From Clostridiales bacterium (GTDB lineage: Bacteria; Bacillota; Clostridia; Saccharofermentanales; Saccharofermentanaceae), in NCBI GenBank assembly GCA_017513085.1, contig JAFWDK010000006.1, positions 9,661 to 73,660 on the forward strand: a DNA stretch of 64,000 nt, in the 5' to 3' direction. The translations under genes and the position numbers were made by a program. Position 1 is the stretch's first letter. Each line of letters starts with the position of its first letter. Below the pieces are notes generated by a model, which saw nothing but the letters and a program-made list of their open reading frames with translations, did not search any database and was not told where the DNA came from. Shown one piece after another: positions 59,770-64,000 of this stretch.

Positions 59770-60645
59770 TCAATTACTTACGCATTTCCCGCATCTGCTG
59801 CATCCATTGCAGACAAGCCTCATTCCGCAATTCGTGCAGCGTTCTCCAAAATACGGTTTGTACAGTCCTTCCTCCTCAAGCGGATATCCCCATTCATCGG
59901 TAAGGTGCCATTCCATCCGCCTTCCTTCAAAGCTGAGCCCTGATTTGTACGCCTGCTCACTCTGAATGCTTCCTTCCAACTTATAAAGCTTTCCGTCCTT
60001 CACAAATCTACGTCCGGTGCCGCAGAATACAAACGTTACATCATACGCTACGCATTCATCCCTCAGCGACTTTACCCATTCATAATGACACGGGCGGGCA
60101 CCTCCGTAGTTTTCTCCGTCACAAAGAACCTGTTCGATCTGACCCGCAGGGAGATATTTTCTAATGCTCACCGGACCGATATAGGGAGCACACATGATCC
60201 CTTTGTGCTTAAACGGCAGCTCCAGCAGGATCGGGATCCGTTCATCAGCTCTCTTCTGATTCTCACAGGTAACATTAAACATTACGTTTTCCCAGCCATC
60301 ACCCCAGTTCCACGGAAGATGGTTTGCCACGCGTTCCGGCCGTTTTGTCAGCAGGAAGAACTTTACATCAGATCTTTGACGTATAATCTGCCAGGCTTCA
60401 TCACGCCAGGGATCTGCTTCTTCCAGAAAGAAATCTGAAGTCATACAGACCCGGATCATTTCTCCGCTTTTAACCTTAAATGTTCCGTCACGGTATTTGG
60501 AAAGCGGATATTTAAATCCTGCTTTTGTCCTGTATATTTCAGATCCGTCCTTATCTCTCAGAGAATCCAGATAATACATGTAGCAGTTCTGGCAGCCCTC
60601 ACTGCACTTTCTGCAGCCATGCCATGGATTCCATATGTCGTGCAA
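59770..60645 (-). CDS. DUF5131 family protein (phage Gp37/Gp68-like, CxxxCxxC motif)
   Basis: WNPWHGCRKCSEGCQNCY, CMTSDFF, LLTKRP, TCENQ..ADERIP, C-terminal CxxC...CxxCxxCxxC. Confidence 0.9.
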   Translation of the reverse strand: MHDIWNPWHGCRKCSEGCQNCYMYYLDSLRDKDGSEIYRTKAGFKYPLSKYRDGTFKVKSGEMIRVCMTSDFFLEEADPWRDEAWQIIRQRSDVKFFLLTKRPERVANHLPWNWGDGWENVMFNVTCENQKRADERIPILLELPFKHKGIMCAPYIGPVSIRKYLPAGQIEQVLCDGENYGGARPCHYEWVKSLRDECVAYDVTFVFCGTGRRFVKDGKLYKLEGSIQSEQAYKSGLSFEGRRMEWHLTDEWGYPLEEEGLYKPYFGERCTNCGMRLVCNGCSRCGKCVSN

Positions 60646-60670
60646 TGGAGGTCACCTCACTTTCTCAAAA

Positions 60671-61213
60671 CTATTTATTGAAGGAGCATGTTCTGATAAA
60701 CTGCCGGATATCCGCTCCACCCTCCAGATATCGGAGCAGTATTTCCGCACATGCACGACTGTCGCTGTCAGCCTTGTGGTGATCAAGACAGATACCATAA
60801 TAGTCGCACAAGACATTCAGCTTATGGCTCATCCCAGGCAAAATCTTCCTGCCCATTTGTACTGTGCAAATATACCGTGCATATGGCTTCCACTCTATTT
60901 CGTAATCACACAGGCATTTTTTTAGCACATTCATATCAAATACAGCGTTATGTGCCACCAAAAGTCTGCCCGACATCAATGGCTCTATTTTTGTCCAGAG
61001 CTCAGGAAAGGTCGGTGCATTCCTCACCGTCTCCCTGCTGATTCCTGTAAGCTGTGTATTAAATTGATCAAAGTAAGTTTCCGGATTAACCAGAGAATAA
61101 AATTCATCTGTGATCACTCCATCCTCTATCACGGTAATACCGATCGCGCTTATCCGGTTGCTCATACGGTTCGGCGTTTCAACGTCAAACACGGTAAATC
61201 CAGCCATATCCAA
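60671..61213 (-). CDS. DEDDh 3'-5' exonuclease (DnaQ-like)
   Basis: VFDVET, LVAHNAVFD, HHKADSDSRAC. Confidence 0.92.
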   Translation of the reverse strand: MDMAGFTVFDVETPNRMSNRISAIGITVIEDGVITDEFYSLVNPETYFDQFNTQLTGISRETVRNAPTFPELWTKIEPLMSGRLLVAHNAVFDMNVLKKCLCDYEIEWKPYARYICTVQMGRKILPGMSHKLNVLCDYYGICLDHHKADSDSRACAEILLRYLEGGADIRQFIRTCSFNK

Positions 61214-61218
61214 ATCTC

Positions 61219-61965
61219 CTACTTTTTCAGTTCCTCACTCAGCGAATGCGGCACTCCGCGTGGACCGCGAATTGCATAAATCCCATACTCGCCTTTAAGT
61301 CTGTCGAATGTGAATTTGTCCGGCTTATACCGTTTCAGCAGCCGTATCTTCATGAGCGCTGTAATTGTCAGGCTTCCGTCCCGGTAATCATAGGGAATAC
61401 CTGTTTTAGTGACCTTGCACTTATACAATATGGCAGAGACAGGAGCCGCTGCATACACATATACGGTATCACCTGTCCGGACACCGTTTCCCTGCTTCCA
61501 GTCAATTTCCTTTGCATCGTCAAAGGCATGTTCGATATCATAATACTTCGAATTCGCAGGGATGATCCATTCCTTCGGCGGCCGGATCTTCTGCTTTTTC
61601 AGCTTCGATGCCGTCACGACATAGCTTTCATCGATCCATTTACAAATATCCTCAAAAGGTACAGTGCCATCCAGGAGGATGGATATCCAGTTCCCGCGGC
61701 TGATATGGTAACCTCGAAAGTATCCTGTCTGCTGCGTCAGTATATCGGCCAGCATGGGATCCCCCATTTTCACATTGAGAACATCGACACGATCTGTTCC
61801 CTCAAGCCCCAGCTTTTCACGCGGGACATCCATGATGATTGCGAACCACTTCCGGTTATCCTCATGGCGGAGAACCGGAAAACCCTGTGCCGTTGGCAGC
61901 GGATAATCCGGTTCTGTGCCGTATTTCTTTTTCACATACTTAAATATTTCTTCTCTCATGATCAA
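61219..61965 (-). CDS. MmcQ/YjbR family DNA-binding protein with extra C-terminal (PUA/EVE-like) domain
   Basis: RHEDNRKWFA, YHISRGNWISI.LDG, IDESY; then WIIPANSKYYD, WKQ, GDTVYVY. Confidence 0.8.
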   Translation of the reverse strand: MIMREEIFKYVKKKYGTEPDYPLPTAQGFPVLRHEDNRKWFAIIMDVPREKLGLEGTDRVDVLNVKMGDPMLADILTQQTGYFRGYHISRGNWISILLDGTVPFEDICKWIDESYVVTASKLKKQKIRPPKEWIIPANSKYYDIEHAFDDAKEIDWKQGNGVRTGDTVYVYAAAPVSAILYKCKVTKTGIPYDYRDGSLTITALMKIRLLKRYKPDKFTFDRLKGEYGIYAIRGPRGVPHSLSEELKK

Positions 61966-62843
61966 TTTTGCTTTTTCTTCGCCGATTTTTTCACTTCTTC
62001 ATGATAAAAATAATTTACAACAACAGGCGGATCTCCAAACTCCGAACGATGCTGATCATCATCACGCATATATGGCATGGACTCCCTGGCGGTATACTCC
62101 CTCATCTTCTGATCAAGCTCAGTCCAGTACGCGCGGCTCTTTTTGCTGTATATCTCATGGTAAAGATCATCCAGCTCCGGATGATGTTCATGGATCCACT
62201 CCAGAATGCGTACTCTGTAGTCACCGCGAAGGTTCAGGTTCTCCAGCCATACGAGGTTGCACTGTTTCTTTGCCTGTTCGATGATTTCAATCGGGTCTGT
62301 GATTCCCGGAAAAATCGGTGAAATGAAACACGTTGTCTGTACTCCGGCTTCATAAAACTGTTTCATGGCTTCCAGACGCCTCTTTATGCTGACGCCACGG
62401 TCCATCTCCCTGCGGAAATCCTCATCCAGCGTGTTAATTGAGAAAGAGACCCTGGCATTCGGAAATGTCCTGATCAGGTCGAGATCCCTGAGCACCAGAT
62501 CGGACTTGGTAGCTATGCTGATACTGATTCCGCTCCCCTGCAGCTGCTCCAGCAGTGACCGGGTTCTCTTATACTTTGCCTCACAAGGCTGATAGCAGTC
62601 AGTCACAGAGCCAAAGAATGCTTCCTTGCCTGCATATTTCTCCGGTCTTTTGATCTCAGGCCAGTTTTTCACGTCAACAAACTCACCCCAGGGTTCCGGA
62701 TGATTTGTAAACCGCTTCATGAAGCTGGCATAGCAATACTTACACGCATGGCTGCATCCCACATAAGGATTGACCGAATAATCCGACACCGGAAGGTTGG
62801 ATTTCGTCATTACACTTTTAACATCAATTTCTTTGATCTGCAT
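61962..62843 (-). CDS. Radical SAM protein, SPL-like, resembling 'radical SAM mobile pair protein B'
   Basis: YSVNPYVGCSHACKYCYA, GSVTD.Y, IATKSDLVLRDLDL, FISPIFPGITD. Confidence 0.85.
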   Translation of the reverse strand: MQIKEIDVKSVMTKSNLPVSDYSVNPYVGCSHACKYCYASFMKRFTNHPEPWGEFVDVKNWPEIKRPEKYAGKEAFFGSVTDCYQPCEAKYKRTRSLLEQLQGSGISISIATKSDLVLRDLDLIRTFPNARVSFSINTLDEDFRREMDRGVSIKRRLEAMKQFYEAGVQTTCFISPIFPGITDPIEIIEQAKKQCNLVWLENLNLRGDYRVRILEWIHEHHPELDDLYHEIYSKKSRAYWTELDQKMREYTARESMPYMRDDDQHRSEFGDPPVVVNYFYHEEVKKSAKKKQN

Positions 62844-63000
62844 ACTGTTGATCCTCTAACTTCATATAGTCTTCCATATCCGCAAAACCGATTTCATGAT
62901 ACAGCTTCTTAGCAACACCCGAGCTCTCCAGAAAGATCTTTTCTGTTCCGCGTTCTTTTGCGTCATTGATCAGATATTCTATGATCTGTGTGCATATTAA
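62824..63000 (-). pseudogene. C-terminal fragment of a GNAT acetyltransferase
   Basis: ICTQIIEYLINDAKERG..KIFLESS..AKKLYHEIGF; N-terminal half missing. Confidence 0.7.
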
Positions 63001-63340
63001 TTCCGCCGCCATATCTTCCTGATTTTGTAAACAGCCCTATTGCACCTAACTCGTCAGTCCAGTTCTTGATTGAAAATACAAATGCGTTTGTCCCCGCCTC
63101 TTCTTTAAACGTATCGAAATCGATACGTTTAAAATCAGGATTATGTAAAACCTCCCATAATCCCAAAAATTCAACTACATCTCTTCCCCGCAACCAGTTA
63201 TGAATTGTGATTCTCGGATCAATACTTTTATATCTGGCTATATCCGTCAATGATATAAATTCATTTTTGAAGTCTGTTGTATAAATTCCTATATCGATAC
63301 CAGCTGCGTGTATCGTTTCTTTCTTTATCGTCTTCGCCAT
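62963..63340 (-). pseudogene. KilA-N domain protein truncated after GRYGG
   Basis: FISLTDIARY, NWLR, EFLGLWE.LHNPDF, KSGRYGGG, then loss of similarity. Confidence 0.8.
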
Positions 63341-63371
63341 ACGAACCTCCAAATTATTATCTGTAAAGTGT

Positions 63372-63557
63372 TCACTTCCGAACATTTTGTGAACCATCAA
63401 CTACTTTCTGCAGTTCCCTATAATATGCCAAATAGCGATATGCAGTTCTGGTACTGATATTACCCTCAGCCACTATCTCAGAAATCGTCATTCCATTTTC
63501 AAGCTTAATGGCAAAATCATTATATGAGGCAATCCAGGCTTCATCATGTTTTTCCAT
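63372..63557 (-). CDS. Short HTH-containing ORF, probably a fragment
   Basis: GMTISEIV..GNISTRTAYRYL helix-turn-helix pattern. Confidence 0.45.
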   Translation of the reverse strand: MEKHDEAWIASYNDFAIKLENGMTISEIVAEGNISTRTAYRYLAYYRELQKVVDGSQNVRK

Positions 63558-63568
63558 AGGCTTTTTTT

Positions 63569-64000
63569 TTACAGCATATTGAAATGCTTAAACGCATCCA
63601 TTATTGCCTGCTCTTTTTCTGGCGTGCATATCGGAACCCTATGTCCCTCTTTACCCTTATTGTAATTATCCCGTTTTTCAAATCCGCACTTGTCTTTTAT
63701 CTGTGCAATATCAAGACTCGATACATGAAGTCCATGCGTGTTCATGACATATTCCTTAATCTGCTGATATGTAGCTCTCCCACGCTTCTTCTGATGGTGG
63801 TCAGGCTCATAATCTATGTAGATATACTCATCGACATCTTTCAAACCCAATAAGACGCACGTCTCGACTGTGTTTTGTTTGAGCAACCGAATTGTATCGC
63901 CCTCAGAACCTTCATAAAACACCGGAAATCCTAAATGCAGCTGCTTTAAGATGCGTCCGTCTTCCTGTCTTTCAGGGTACAATTCAATCTCGTCGATGAA
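63569..64000 (-). CDS. 3' end of a serine recombinase fused in frame to an RlmD/RumA-type C-terminal tail (partial)
   Basis: IELYPERQEDGRILKQLHLGFPV...TVETCVLL, then ATYQQIKEYV...CTPEKEQAIMDAFKHF. Confidence 0.7.
   Translation of the reverse strand, partial: FIDEIELYPERQEDGRILKQLHLGFPVFYEGSEGDTIRLLKQNTVETCVLLGLKDVDEYIYIDYEPDHHQKKRGRATYQQIKEYVMNTHGLHVSSLDIAQIKDKCGFEKRDNYNKGKEGHRVPICTPEKEQAIMDAFKHFNML

Larger units (their letters stand above)
58947..64000 (-). mobile_element. Decayed tandem integrative element region (serine-recombinase type, rlmD/rumA-targeting); continues past the window
   Basis: Two recombinase C-termini ending in VETxVxL; shared core CGTCTCGAC at 58980-58988 and 63860-63868; gene fragments and AT-rich patches. 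Confidence 0.7.

Noticed and set aside
1-64000. CRISPR arrays, rRNA, tRNA, IS transposases, invertible pilin cassettes
   Set aside because: No regularly spaced repeats, structural RNA signatures, transposase motifs, or recombinase and inverted repeats around the pilin genes were seen by eye.

Overview
64 kb of a Clostridia-like (monoderm Firmicute) chromosome; the taxon is inferred from gene content (monoderm-type pilus locus, YfhO proteins, DUF4214-type surface protein). All calls come from reading motifs by eye, with no database searches. 1-13.9 kb is a type IVa pilus locus: divergent pilD-like gene, pilB-pilT-pilC-pilM-pilN-pilO operon, five prepilin genes and a large PilX-like pilin. It is unusual in three ways: three separately promoted ultra-short pilins (56-61 aa mature), a PilD homologue that keeps the Zn/methylase domain but seems to have lost the peptidase motifs, and extended PilN/PilO. 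14-59 kb is mostly housekeeping and accessory genes: DEDDh exonuclease, two YfhO glycosyltransferases, lipid kinase, foldase-like protein, GH5, two-component system plus ABC exporter, split methionine synthase and metF interrupted by a lipoprotein pseudogene, an Lsa/CplR-like ABC-F with an attenuator leader, GH3, an LRR surface protein, a polar amino-acid ABC transporter, the AmmeMemoRadiSAM genes, a deacetylase, clostripain, HAD and a G1PDH-like enzyme. 58.9-64 kb is a decayed integrative-element stack with two serine-recombinase tails sharing a 9-bp rlmD/rumA-type att core around an intact four-gene cassette (radical SAM, MmcQ/YjbR, exonuclease, DUF5131). No rRNA, tRNA or CRISPR array was seen.
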